Positions 42,771-56,702 are shown, counted from the first letter of the stretch. The stretch: DNA of 64,000 nucleotides from Eledone cirrhosa (GCA_964016885.1 OZ024753.1:40610001-40674000), one strand, 5' to 3'. The notes: generated by a model not told the origin, from the letters alone. Numbers and translations: made by a program.

Positions 42771-42902
42771 TATTTCTGAAGACAGCATATATATGTGTAG
42801 GTATGTATATTCCCTCTGATAGTTTGTAAAAATTTTACATAGATCTATATGATATACATACCAATACACACATATATATCCTAGAAACGATCGTAAAATG
42901 AT
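42769..42902 (+). ncRNA. Type I hammerhead motif with ~100-nt stem II (family C, element to ~42958)
   Basis: ATTATTT-CTGAAGA-[ATATATATGTGT, GGTATGTATAT … ATATACATACC, ACACATATATAT]-GAAA-C-GATC-G-TA-AAATGAT. Confidence 0.78.
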
Positions 42903-42955
42903 GAATTTTTTAATATAAGGAACTGTTTCTTTGATTTTATTCATTACTTTTATTA

Positions 42956-43008
<53 letters not shown>

Positions 43009-43163
43009 GGGGGGGGGGGTATTATGTCTATATACTGTGATTTACATCAATGTGTGTCCACCAATATGTGTCATTACTAGTTTGTCTATAATTGGAATAG
43101 TATATAATCCTCTGTTCTTTTCGTTGTACAAACAAACATATTCGTATGATCAGACGTTTGTTT

Positions 43164-43232
<69 letters not shown>

Positions 43233-43324
43233 CGTGTGTGTGTGTATATATATATATATATAGAGAGAGATTAATAAAAACAATGAATAAAAACAAAGAA
43301 ACAGTTCCTTATATTAAAAAATTC

Positions 43325-43458
43325 ATCATTTTACGATCGTTTCTAGGATATATATGTGTGTGTTGGTATGTATATCATATAGAACTATGTAAAATTTTTA
43401 CAAACTATCAGAGAGAATATACATACCTACACATATATATGCTGTCTTCAGAAATAAT
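43325..43458 (-). ncRNA. Family C hammerhead motif, inverted copy (element 43270-43460)
   Basis: Near-identical reverse complement of 42769-42958. Confidence 0.78.
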
Positions 43459-43556
43459 GATACTTGTATATGTATATATGTTTTAGTGTACACACGCATA
43501 TATATATATATATACGATATTAAATAAATGGAAACTATATTTATAAAACCATATTT

Positions 43557-43620
43557 ATTTCATTATATATATTTCAGGGATATCATATTAACAATATGTT
43601 ATGCCTTCTTCAGACAAAAT
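43557..43620 (-). ncRNA. Minimal type I hammerhead motif (B-related, element ~43515-43778)
   Basis: ATTTTGT-CTGAAGA-AGGCATAACATATT-GTT-AATATGATATCCCT-GAAA-T-ATAT-A-TA-ATGAAAT. Confidence 0.75.
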
Positions 43621-44299
43621 ACAATATAGACAGTTTTATAGATAAATAGATTTGACATACCGTTCAACATCGACTTGTATTTGAAAAAGTTGATTTTTCA
43701 AACTACTTGTTGAGTGCTTTTATATCAGTTATAAATATTTACTAGTTGTAACCCAACAATTTAAATATAACTTTCCATGTATATATATATATATATATAT
43801 GCGTGTGTACAATAAACAGCGTATATTTTGTATATAATTACTTCAGTTATACATGGGATGTATGAGATAAAGATCCTCCGGACACATTGTAATCAATTAG
43901 AGATTTCCTATTTGGTTTATTTAATGCGACAGAGAACGAGAGGAAGGGGGGGGGGGCAGACAATGATTGACAATCCAATGAAATGCATTATTATTTGCTC
44001 CTTTGTGACCCTGTACATTACAACTAAGTTCGAAATATTTTCAAATAACATCGATTTAAAGATATTAGAACCACCATATCTGCCACTTCGTTTCATGTTG
44101 ACATTTATATTAAATCCGTCTGCGTTTTCACAGTTTAGACCTGTGCTACATTTCTTCATATATTGACATACAAATAGAATAACACACCACAGAGCATGTC
44201 TTTAATCTATTGTCTTATGAACGTAACACGTAAAATAATGTTTCTTATGAACGGAACACTTTGAAAATGATTCATTCAATGTTGATACATAAATCCGCA

Positions 44300-44712
44300 G
44301 ATTCTTAGTGTTACCATTTTACTGGCCCCGTAAGGATGAAGGTAAAGGTAATTTCGGTGAGATTAGAACTCGGAATATGCAGAGCCCTACCTACTATGCA
44401 GCAAATCCTATTGTCCGATGCTCTAACGATTCTGCCAACCAACGCATCGGCATTGAACATGTTTCTACTTTTGGCACAATGCCAATCCACATTTAATAAT
44501 GGTTTCTTATATAGGCACAAGGCCAGTAATTTTGGGCGAGGGGAAAGTCGATTAAATCGACCCCAGTGCGTGACTGGTACTTTATTTTAACGACCCCGTA
44601 AGGATGAAAGGCAACGATAACCTCGGCGGGTTTTGAACTCAGACCATAAAAGGCCGTAACTCTTTGCTGCAAAGCATGGCGTCAGACCCTCTACCGATAC
44701 TGCCAATCCAGA
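44300..44712 (-). mobile_element. SINE S1 copies (one old, one long-subfamily near full length at 44497-44712)
   Basis: Meta core and tRNA head on the - strand. Confidence 0.8.
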
Positions 44713-44918
44713 AATATAATGATCTCTAATTGACAACCAAAAACAAAGATGAAGCGCTTCATTTACAAAGAATATTCCATTGTCTTTCTGCCAGCTCATC
44801 AATTGTATATTGTAGAAGTGTGTGTAGATGTGTGTACTTAAAATCTCAAAAACATAGATACGCATGTTTTCGCTTGGGGTCGGAAGAAAAAATATTCGGG
44901 ATATATAGAGAATGTTTA

Positions 44919-44974
<56 letters not shown>

Positions 44975-45135
44975 TATATATATATGTATATGTATATATG
45001 TGTAATATAAGTTGTAAGATTTTCTATTTTCTATGCATAAAAATACCAGCTATATTATCCTTGTGTATAGTTTCATATTTATATATAGTGAACCACACAT
45101 AAAATGGTACGTTTCTCTCTCTCTCTATCTCTCTT

Positions 45136-45166
<31 letters not shown>

Positions 45167-45531
45167 ATTTATCTATCTATATCTATCTATCTATCTGTAT
45201 ATATGTATATCGCACACAACACACACACACATATTTATATTTATATATATATATATATGTGTGTGTGTGTACATATATATATATATATATACACACACAC
45301 TTAGAACGTATATAATGTATATAATTCAAATCATTCAGCCATTCGGTTCCAATTCCCATCCCAGCCCCTGACATAATTCTTCAGATATATCACTATTAAT
45401 GCCCTAAGTCCATCTTAATCCAATTATCCTCCCAGAAATTCCTCCATGCTGCTATCCAATTATATGTTCTTTCATTTTTGACCCCTCACTAATGTTCTAA
45501 AATAATCTAGTTTATTATACTGACACACACG

Positions 45532-45605
<74 letters not shown>

Positions 45606-45611
45606 GCATAA

Positions 45612-45677
<66 letters not shown>

Positions 45678-45784
45678 TATATATATATATTATATATATA
45701 TGTATATATTATATATATATATTATATATATATATATATGTATATATTATATATATATATATTATATATATATGTATATATATA

Positions 45785-45833
<49 letters not shown>

Positions 45834-45834
45834 A

Positions 45835-45916
<82 letters not shown>

Positions 45917-46007
45917 GTATATATTATATATGTATTATATATATATATATATGTATATATTATATATATATATATTATATATATATGTATATATTATATA
46001 TATATAT

Positions 46008-46038
<31 letters not shown>

Positions 46039-46190
46039 TATATATATATGTATATATTATATATATATATATGTATATATTATATATATATATATATATG
46101 TATATACTATATATATATATTATATATATGTATATATTATATATATATATATTATATAAATATGTATATATTATGTATATATATAATATA

Positions 46191-46320
<130 letters not shown>

Positions 46321-46494
46321 AATGTGTATGTGTATTTTTCTATATTCGCTTCAAAGCACGGACAACATATCTACAAAAACACACACAGCCAAAAATTATC
46401 AGAGACATGCATAATTACAGAGGGTCGCTTGATATAGTAGGCCTCACATGAAGACAAATTAAAGTTCCAATGCTGCATTTATATATATATAAAT

Positions 46495-46558
<64 letters not shown>

Positions 46559-46598
46559 ATGTATATATTTATGTATTTTTCTCTCTCTCTCTTATTAT

Positions 46599-46685
<87 letters not shown>

Positions 46686-46904
46686 TGTATATATGTATGT
46701 ATGTATGTATTTATATACATATATGTATCTCTGAATAACCCCAAGTAAAATGATTTACATATATAAGACATAAAAAATGATGATTCCTCTTCATTTAATT
46801 GCACGCCAGAAACAGTATTTGAAAGAAGTTTTGGGAGTATATTATATTGTGTATATAATTAATGTCTATGTATCTGTCTGTTTAGGGGGTTGCTTGGTAG
46901 CTAC

Positions 46905-46972
46905 AGTTACTTTTTTACTCTTTTACCTGTTCCAGCCATCCGGCTGAGGCCATGCTGGGGCACCGCCCTTAA
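46905..46972 (-). mobile_element. Retroposon 3' tail fused directly downstream of the 5S copy
   Basis: GGGCGGTGCCCCAGCATGGCC…CTGGAACAGGTAAAAGAGTAAAAAAGTAA resembles the tail of octopus SINE/RTE-type repeats as I recall them; a related degenerate tail lies at 24270-24328 (-). Confidence 0.65.
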
Positions 46973-46978
46973 AAAGTA

Positions 46979-47099
46979 AATGCTTACACCACCTAGGGTT
47001 TATATACGGTCTCCCATCTAAGTACTAACTAGGCTCGATGTTGCTTAACTTCGGTGATCGGACGAGAACCGGTGTTTTCAGCGTGATATGGCCGTAAAC
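46979..47099 (-). pseudogene. 5S rRNA: Full-length 5S rRNA copy, diverged in its 3' third
   Basis: GTTTACGGCCATATCACGCTGAAAACACCGGTTCTCGTCCGATCACCGAAGTTAAGCAACATCGAGCCTAGTTAGTACTTAGATGGGAGACCG…TAGGTGGTGTAAGCATTT; the canonical CCTGGGAATA is replaced by TATATAAACC. Confidence 0.92.
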
Positions 47100-47650
47100 G
47101 TTGCGTATAGTTCTATTATATTTCATTTCAAATTGAAATCTGTGAAGGTGGATTAGTTTAATATAAAGTTTTATTAACTAGCCTTACCCTAATTATAACA
47201 TTGTTGTGTAGTTCTGAAAATTCTACTTGCTGAACATCCACGTGAAAACCTCTCTTCCTCAGTCCTGCTGCGTCACCATTTTTAAAAGCAGTCCTAAAGA
47301 ATCCTACAATTTTTTTTTTTTGGTTGCTGAAATCCAAACTGCATGATATTTTCATCTTACTGCGCATTTAATTTCCTTTTTAATTTTTTTTACATAAAAA
47401 AATATATGAAGAATAATTCATCTCACCACCACTAACAAAGCAGAAAAAGAAAAGCGAAAAAGAAACGCAAGATGTTCATCTTTCTGTCAAACACATTGAC
47501 CAGTCTGGCTTGGAATGTAATGGCTAGAGGCACTTATAATCTTTATTAATGCAAAAGTAAAAATATAAGATGTCTATGTCATAGGTATAGACTATACACA
47601 GCGAAGGGGTAATTGTTTACAGAGAATTAAACATAATAGGACAGAGAGAG

Positions 47651-47687
<37 letters not shown>

Positions 47688-47689
47688 TT

Positions 47690-48212
47690 CTATTGACTGA
47701 TGAATAGCTTATGTTAATTTTGACTCTTCTGTTGAGAACTCTATTCGATTTGTAATGTTTTTGCATTCTTGCAAAAATATACACAACTGAATTCATTCGC
47801 CTGATATAGGGGTTGCCTCTCTTTCCGATCCCCACGTGGGGGTCAGCAATAGTCAGTCCTTGTATTAACATTGAACTAAAACCTGTTGAAAAAGTGACTT
47901 CCTTGTTCAATCATCTTACCAGAAGCCTGATATTATTTATGTAAGCGGACGGTACTTGATTTAGGAACCGCAGAAACCCATATACTGGATTTTACCAACC
48001 TTCCAGGGATCCGGGTAAATTTTCAATACCCGAATTACTTGATGGTTTTTTTTTGGCTATGCGAATGATTGTTTAACCATCGTCTCAGTGTGTTTGGCCT
48101 TTACCGTTTGTTATAGCTCTGGTTCATCTGAATCATTGAGCACTTGCCACACATCTCGGAGGTTGTTTTTCGTTATTTCGTGGGCCGAAATGCGAATCTC
48201 GATAATTTATGT
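47690..48212. repeat. Diverged monomer of the 615-bp family G, between (TA)n tracts
   Basis: Colinear blocks TGATGAATAGCTT, GATATAGGGGT, CAGAAACCCAT, TCCGGGTA and GTTATAGCTCTG.TTCATCTGAAT shared with 53971-54585. Confidence 0.75.
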
Positions 48213-48213
48213 T

Positions 48214-48259
<46 letters not shown>

Positions 48260-48639
48260 CGTACGCATATATGCATACTGAGAGACTCTCTTCTGTTACT
48301 TGATCTATTATATGTTACTGCTCAACCATTCAAGTTGTATAACAATATCGGTTATACGTATGTTCACATATATTCACGCACACTTTGATTCTATGTTGAA
48401 AACGACTCTATACTGATGAAAATTTAAAAATTAAACGCAAACATATATGCATGCTTTTATACATACAAACATGCATATATACATGTATATATATATACTG
48501 ATATGAATCTCGGCATATATTTATGCAAACTTGCATACATGCATTTATACGTCTATAGATGCATGCAAGCATATATGCATCTATGTATGCATGCATACTT
48601 AGTTCCATATATATATATAATATATATATATAATATAGA

Positions 48640-48678
<39 letters not shown>

Positions 48679-48702
48679 ATATATATATATACATATATAT
48701 AC

Positions 48703-48825
<123 letters not shown>

Positions 48826-49374
48826 GCAGATATTTTACGTATGCATACATAAATGCATACAGAAACATATACATGAAACCATACATGCATGCATACGTAC
48901 CACATGCAAGCTTGCATACATATATTACATACGCACGCAATCAGTTAAAATCCTACTTTATCTCGACCTAATTGTCTTCCAGGTGTCGCACCTGTTCGCA
49001 CAAAATCTAAAACAGTGTCCGGCAGTCATTCATAGGTGATAAGATAACGGTGTAACCCCAAAACTGTTCCTACCCCAACCTCGACTACATCCACCACCAC
49101 CACCAGCAGCACCACTACCACCACCACCACCACCACCACCACCACAACCACCACCACCACAACCAACAACAACAACAGCAACAGCAACAGAGGTATTTGC
49201 CATAACAAATAAACAAAGAGAATATTATGAAAAGAGCATTAAGAGCATGAAGTGCTACAGCGCCAAAGAATGAACAGCCACACCGCCACCAGAATTAATA
49301 GAAACACCACCACCACCATCATCATCACCAACACGACCACCACCACCATCTTGTTTGTTGTTTTTCTTGTTGTC

Positions 49375-49582
49375 GGTTGGCGGTATCGGTAGAGCATCAG
49401 ACACTATGCTTTGCATCAGAGAGTTACGGCTCTTTACGGTCTGAGTCCAAATCCCGCCGAGGTTAACTTTGCCTTTCATCCTTACGGGGTCGATAAAATA
49501 AAGTACCAGTAATACACTGGGGTGTGTTTTAATCGAGGTTCCCCTACCCTTCAAATTGCTGGCCTTGTGCCAAAAGTAGAAA
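49375..49582 (+). mobile_element. SINE S1 long subfamily
   Basis: B box-like segment, Meta core and tail. Confidence 0.85.
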
Positions 49583-49598
49583 GGAGTATATATATATG

Positions 49599-49644
<46 letters not shown>

Positions 49645-49741
49645 GGAACGAGTAGGACCCCGACGGCTGAGCTCAAGCCGTTTCGACGGCTAATTCTGGA
49701 CTAAAAACATTTTTTTTTAGTCCAGAATTAGCCGTCGAAAC
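49645..49741. mobile_element. Family A palindrome, right arm truncated at GTCGAAAC
   Basis: GTTTCGACGGCTAATTCTGGACTAAAAA…TTTTTAGTCCAGAATTAGCCGTCGAAAC. Confidence 0.85.
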
Positions 49742-49763
49742 ATATATATAAATATAAATATAT

Positions 49764-49829
<66 letters not shown>

Positions 49830-49878
49830 TATGGAATGCTGTTCGCTTTTCGCTGCAGTGTTTTCTATACCTTTCATT

Positions 49879-49919
<41 letters not shown>

Positions 49920-50335
49920 ATATATTGCCTTTCATCCTTGCGGGGTCGATGAAATAAAGTACCAGTAATACCTTGGGCCAAAAGTAGAAACAATTACGAT
50001 GTATAGTCTGTTTCGGTGATAAACAAGGGACACAAATTATATTATTTCCACGTGCATATACATACACACTGTTTGCTGCAAAACATGGCGTCAGACACTC
50101 TACCGATACTGCCAATCCGCCATATATAATGCTTTCATGTTTGTAAAGGAAGCCGGATATTAGTATGTATTTGCCCCTGAACTAACCAGCTGTTATGGTA
50201 TTCCGTTACTGAAATGATATTTTTTAAATATTCGACGAAAAAAGTGGGTAGGGTATAATCCCGCGAATAATAGATAGAGACTTGTGCATTGAATATACAG
50301 GAACAGATGTATATATACTTGTATATATATCCATG

Positions 50336-50368
<33 letters not shown>

Positions 50369-50523
50369 TAAAATAATAGATTTAAGTTTAAGCAAAGAAT
50401 CGCTGCTTTCACCCTTAACGGGATCTTCTGAAACTCAAATTTGCTCTACGCTTCTTATATATTTGATATATATTTATCCTTATCGAGCCCTCTTTGGATT
50501 TTAGTCTTCAAATTTATTATTAT

Positions 50524-50628
<105 letters not shown>

Positions 50629-50817
50629 GGAACAAGTAAGACCCCGACGGCTGAGCTCAAGCCGTTTCGACGGCTAATTCTGTACCAAATTAGCCGTCGA
50701 AACGGCTTGAGCTCAGCCGTCGGGGTCTTACTTGTTCCTAATACCCACTCTACTACCCTAAGTATTGAGTACTTTGGTGCGTTATGGTTCACCTGGTTCC
50801 TTACCACATTTCCTTCG

Positions 50818-50818
<1 letters not shown>
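50629..50818. mobile_element. Family A fold-back mini-element, complete form
   Basis: Perfect ~50-bp inverted arms plus a 3' extension, (TA)n flanks. Confidence 0.9.
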
Positions 50819-50910
<92 letters not shown>

Positions 50911-51170
50911 GTTAGGCTGGATACCCAATCGCGCGGTTAAACTACTGGGAGTGGAAGACGCCTATCTTTTATCAGGGTATTCTTCTAGGAGAAGGCAACT
51001 CAGGAAACTGGGATAATTCCGACATAAAACATGGCTCAGTAGTTACCGATGATGTTGATCTTTTCCTCTTTTCGGGTTATAGCTACTGTCGCTCAGAGAG
51101 TGGCATTGTCTCAGTGCACAGTCTTTTCTCACTTTAAAACAAATCTTCACTCACAGGCATTGCACGATAG
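50911..51170 (+). repeat. Possible RTE-derived fragment, followed by partial SINE S1 (51175-51295, -)
   Basis: CTAGGAGAAGGCAACTC resembles the motif in family H. Confidence 0.4.
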
Positions 51171-51350
51171 AATTAATTGATTCTACTTTTGGCACAAGGC
51201 CACCAAAATACCCAGTACATTACTGGTACTTTATTTTATCGACCCCGTAAGGATGAAAGGCAAAGTTGACCTCGGCGGGATTTGAACTCAGAATGATAAT
51301 TATGAATAATGTCATATCGTGGAATGCCCATACTCGATAACGAGGGAGAA

Positions 51351-51407
<57 letters not shown>

Positions 51408-51409
<2 letters not shown>

Positions 51410-51607
51410 AACAAGTAAGACACCGACGGCTGAGCTCAAGCCGTTTCGACGGCTAATTCTGTACTTATTCTGTACAGAATTAGCCGTCGAAACGGCTTGA
51501 GCTCAGCCGTCGGGGTCTTACTTGTTCCTATTACCCACTCTACTACCCTAAGTATTGAGTACTTTGGTGCGTTATGGTCCACCTGGTTCCTTACCACATT
51601 TCCTTCG

Positions 51608-51608
<1 letters not shown>
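51408..51608. mobile_element. Family A fold-back mini-element, complete form
   Basis: As 50629-50818 with a different central loop. Confidence 0.9.
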
Positions 51609-51640
<32 letters not shown>

Positions 51641-51906
51641 TGTGTATGTATATATAATGTGTATGTATAATATGGTCCGAAATCATTAGACGTGTCCGTC
51701 GAAACTGCGGGTCCAGAATCAGACATATCCACACAATGATCGCGATCCGAGCTGTCCACCGGTGAAACAATTGTCACACACAATAAATTGAGTTCAGATG
51801 CATCATTGATTTTTCGTTTTCTATTCTATCATACTCTGCTCTGTAAGAGGATAGAGTGCTCAACCGGCATACCGCCTATGGAAGCATCTTAGCTACCATC
51901 AGACAC

Positions 51907-51966
<60 letters not shown>

Positions 51967-51975
51967 ATATATATA

Positions 51976-52239
<264 letters not shown>

Positions 52240-52252
52240 CATATATATATAC

Positions 52253-52318
<66 letters not shown>

Positions 52319-52354
52319 GTATATATATATATACGTATATATATATATATATAC

Positions 52355-52416
<62 letters not shown>

Positions 52417-52831
52417 GGCACCATTTGAGTGTACTCACACACATGCTGATTACACATTACAAATTTACAAATGTACAGAAAGTAGATGAGAGAGGAATAA
52501 AAATAAAATTGTATTAGATTACAGAGATTCATAATATATAGGAGCGGAAGTAAACTACAAGTGAGAGTTTGTTGAAAGTTCTACCTCTTGGAAGACAGGC
52601 GCCTGTATATTAAAACCGAAACTTGCAGACACACCTCCTGGGATTCATCAAAAACGTCCCTAACAAGCGGAAAATGTTAACAGCGAGCCAGTTTATGTCT
52701 TACTTAAAACATAAACACATAGATTAAAGACTGTGCTGTTACGAGGTTGTGAGATAGATATATAGAGTTAAGTAATATTCTCTTTTTACTTAAGATGTGA
52801 AAAGAAAATAACAAGGAGCTGGGAAGAGACA

Positions 52832-52869
<38 letters not shown>

Positions 52870-52995
52870 TTTAACCCTTATATATATATATATATATTTA
52901 TATACATGTCTGTTCGTGCGTGAGTGTAAATGTGTATGCGTGCGTATATATTTGCATGTATATGTTTGCATTCATATATATATATATATATATGG

Positions 52996-53144
52996 ATTAT
53001 TTCTGAAGACGGCGTATATATGTGTTTGGTATGTATATTTAATCTTGATAATTTGTATAATTTTGTATAATTTTGTACATAGATCTGTTGAATATGCATA
53101 CCAATTCTAACACATATATATCCTAGAAACGATCGTTAAATAAT
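52996..53144 (+). ncRNA. Family C hammerhead motif, diverged copy
   Basis: ATTATTT-CTGAAGA-…TGGTATGTATATTTAA…TTGAATATGCATACCA…-GAAA-C-GATC-G-TT-AAATAAT. Confidence 0.78.
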
Positions 53145-53189
53145 GAACTTTTTTTGTTTAATATAAGGAATTGTTTATTCATTATTTGT

Positions 53190-53238
<49 letters not shown>

Positions 53239-53242
<4 letters not shown>

Positions 53243-53378
53243 TCCAGAATTAGCCGTCGAAACGGCTTGAGCTCAGCCGTCGGGGTTCTACTCGTTCCTA
53301 TTACCCACTCTACTCCCCTAAGTATTGAGTACTTTGGTGCGTTATGGTCCACCTGGTTCTTTACCACATTTCCTTCGT
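53239..53378 (+). mobile_element. Family A long arm only
   Basis: TTAGTCCAGAATTAGCCGTCGAAACGG…TTCCTTCGT between (TA)n tracts. Confidence 0.88.
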
Positions 53379-53659
53379 TATATATATATATATATATACA
53401 GAATAAGGGAGAAAGAGGGAAAGACATCACATCTACATACGACATACGTACATGTATGTAGAAAGTAAACAAACAATAGTACAATGAAGAAATATATTAG
53501 TTTCATACTTGGTAGAGTAGGAAAAGAGTCGCTACATATATACATACACACACATACACACAGACACACACACACAATATATATATATATATATATAAAC
53601 ATGAATGTAAACATATACACACACGCACGCATACACATTTACATTCACGCACGAACAAA

Positions 53660-53690
<31 letters not shown>

Positions 53691-53799
53691 GAATGCAAAC
53701 ATATACATGCAAACATATACGCACGCATACGCATTTACACTCACGCACGAACAGACATGTGTATATATATATAAATATACACACATATATATATATATA

Positions 53800-55200
53800 A
53801 TCGATTTTAAATCGTATGGTTGATTGTAGACTTGTTCTATATGTGACGGTATTTTAACGATAGTTATAGCTCTGATTCATCTGAATTATTGAGCCCTCTG
53901 CCGCTCATATCGAATTTCGTTTTTCGTGAACTCGTGCGCCGATTTTTCGATACTCGATCTTTCTAATATATTTAGCTCTGGACATAGCTATCCACCAGTT
54001 AATTTTATTGCTCATTTTTTGTCGATTCTATTGAGTGATGAATAGCTTTTGTTTTATTTTAACATGTCTATTGAGCACTCTAATTCGATATGTGTATTTC
54101 CACATTCACTCGAATTGTTTTCGCGGATATAGGGGTCATCTCCCTTGTCTAATGCCATGTGCGTTTTTCACCGCTAGTTGACTCCTTTGCCGCCAGGATA
54201 AAACTCGTTGACAACGTAAACTCCGTTCCACTTATTCTAGTAGGCTTTTATATTTATATGTGAGCTGATAGAGTACTGTCTAAGGATTTACAGAAACCCA
54301 TGAAGCTAGATTTAACACCTTTCTAGTGGGTCCGGGTATGATTTTACATTCATTTAAATTATTGACGTATTGTTTTATTGATATTTTTTATCTGTTTGGC
54401 CCGAATCTTCCTTTATCGATTTTAAATCGTATGGTTGATTGTAGACTTGTTCTATATGTGACGGTATTTTAACGATAGTTATAGCTCTGATTCATCTGAA
54501 TTATTGAGCCCTCTGCCGCTCATATCGAATTTCGTTTTTCGTGAACTCGTGCGCCGATTTTTCGATACTCGATCTTTCTAATATATTTAGCTCTGGACAT
54601 AGCTATCCACCAGTTAATTTTATTGCTCATTTTTTGTCGATTCTATTGAGTGATGAATAGCTTTTGTTTTATTTTAACATGTCTATTGAGCACTCTAATT
54701 CGATATGTGTATTTCCACATTCACTCGAATTGTTTTCGCGGATATAGGGGTCATCTCCCTTGTCTAATGCCATGTGCGTTTTTCACCGCTAGTTGACTCC
54801 TTTGCCGCCAGGATAAAACTCGTTGACAACGTAAACTCCGTTCCACTTATTCTAGTAGGCTTTTATATTTATATGTGAGCTGATAGAGTACTGTCTAAGG
54901 ATTTACAGAAACCCATGAAGCTAGATTTAACACCTTTCTAGTGGGTCCGGGTATGATTTTACATTCATTTAAATTATTGACGTATTGTTTTATTGATATT
55001 TTTTATCTGTTTGGCCCGAATCTTCCTTTATCGATTTTAAATCGTATGGTTGATTGTAGACTTGTTCTATATGTGACGGTATTTTAACGATAGTTATAGC
55101 TCTGATTCATCTGAATTATTGAGCCCTCTGCCGCTCATATCGAATTTCGTTTTTCGTGAACTCGTGCGCCGATTTTTCGATACTCGATCTTTCTAATATA
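53800..55200. repeat. Head-to-tail array, 615-bp unit, ~2.3 copies (family G)
   Basis: TTCTAATATA ends at 53970, 54585 and 55200; units look identical by eye; (TA)n on both sides. Confidence 0.95.
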
Positions 55201-55436
55201 TATATATATATATATAGGAAAAATTATGATCCCGGCGGCAAGCTCAATTTGTTAAAATAACAGATTAAAGTTTAAGCAAAGAATCGCTGCTCTACGGTTC
55301 TTATATATTTGATATATATTTATCTTTATCGAGCCCTCTTTGGATTTTAGTCTTCAAATTTATTATTATTACTATATATATATATATAGAATAAGTAAAA
55401 GCGAAGTAGTTTCAGATGTTCAAGTCCTTTAATAAT

Positions 55437-55625
55437 AATTGTTTCTACTTTAGGCACAAGGCCAGCAATTACCCAGTGCATTACTGGTACTTTATTTTAT
55501 CGACCTCGTAAGGATGAAAGGCTAAGTCAACCTCGGCGGGATTTGAACTCAGATCGTAAAGGGATGTAACTATACTGGAAAGCATGGCGTCCGACTCTCT
55601 ACCGATACTGCCAATCTACCGCCCT
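55437..55625 (-). mobile_element. SINE S1 inserted in a family I element
   Basis: TSD AAGTCCTTTAATAATAAT; the empty site is visible at 17103-17120. Confidence 0.92.
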
Positions 55626-55652
55626 TTAATAATGAAGTCCTTTAATAATAAT

Positions 55653-55726
55653 GCTGTGATATATATTTCAATGACGACACTGGCCACACTGTTCTGTGTG
55701 CGAGTGTCGTAACATCATCAGACAGC
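55653..55726 (-). ncRNA. Minimal type I hammerhead motif (family I, copy 2)
   Basis: GCTGT-CTGATGA-TGTTACGACACT…AGTGTCGTCATT-GAAA-TATATA-TC-ACAGC. Confidence 0.8.
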
Positions 55727-56527
55727 TTGTTTCATAATAAGGTTATGTTTCCGAGGCAATCCAAGTTGAATCATATAGTAAGAAATGTGTATGTGTACAC
55801 ACTATCACATTCACTATAAGTAACTTTTAATTCAATAAGTAAGATTCACATTATAAATAAACCCTGCTGGACTAAAATCTCTTCAAGACCCTATAACAGA
55901 GTTTGGTGTAATTCATGACTTTACAGTGTGCCAAACTGTTTTCAGTGCTTAGTATAAATGCAGCATTTGGCATTGCTTGATCGACAACCGGTATTATATC
56001 TGTGATAATGGCGGTTATGATGTTAATGATGATGATATATTTTCAATGTTTTTTTGTCGCCTAACAAGGCATAAAATATTTGGCTGTCAGGTTTCAGCGA
56101 GTTCTATATGTTGTTGCTATTGTTGCTGTTGTAGTTTTATGATTGTTAAACGAGAACTATAATAAAGATTAGGGTGAGAGTGATGATTATCAGCTGGGAT
56201 TGGTTAAGTTGCTAATTATATCGAGGGCAGGTGATGATGGTGATCATGGTGATGATGGTAAATACTATGAAGCTCTGAAGGAATGTGATTATATTGACGA
56301 TGATGATGATGATGATGATGACGATGATGATGATGATGATGATGATGACGATGATGACGATGATGACAATTAGGATATGGCTGATGATGAAGTCCATGTT
56401 TTTATTAGTGGAGAAAGTAAGAAGGATTATGTAATATGGCGACAGTAGTTAGAATGATGATGAAAATGATGATGGTGATAATGTTGATGGTTGAAATGAT
56501 TATAATGGTGTCGTTGGTGACGGTAAT

Positions 56528-56702
56528 AAATATTTCTACTTTGGGCACAAGGCCAGCAATTACCCCCAGTGTATTACTGGTACTTTATTTTATCGACATT
56601 GTAAGGATGAAAGGCAAAGTTAACCTCGACAGAATTTGAACTCAGATTATAAAGGGCCGTAACTCTTTGCTGCAAAGCATGGCGTCCGACCCTCTACCGA
56701 TA
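56528..56702 (-). mobile_element. SINE S1
   Basis: Consensus match within (GAT)n-rich DNA. Confidence 0.85.

Noticed and set aside
47158-47367. Protein-like ORFs here and at 30415-30630
   Set aside because: No recognisable domain and no convincing splice-site pair.
54125-54165. GIRQG on the - strand of the 615-bp unit, suggesting the LINE RT QG motif
   Set aside because: Followed by a stop, not conserved in the 47.7-kb monomer, and no YADD motif downstream.
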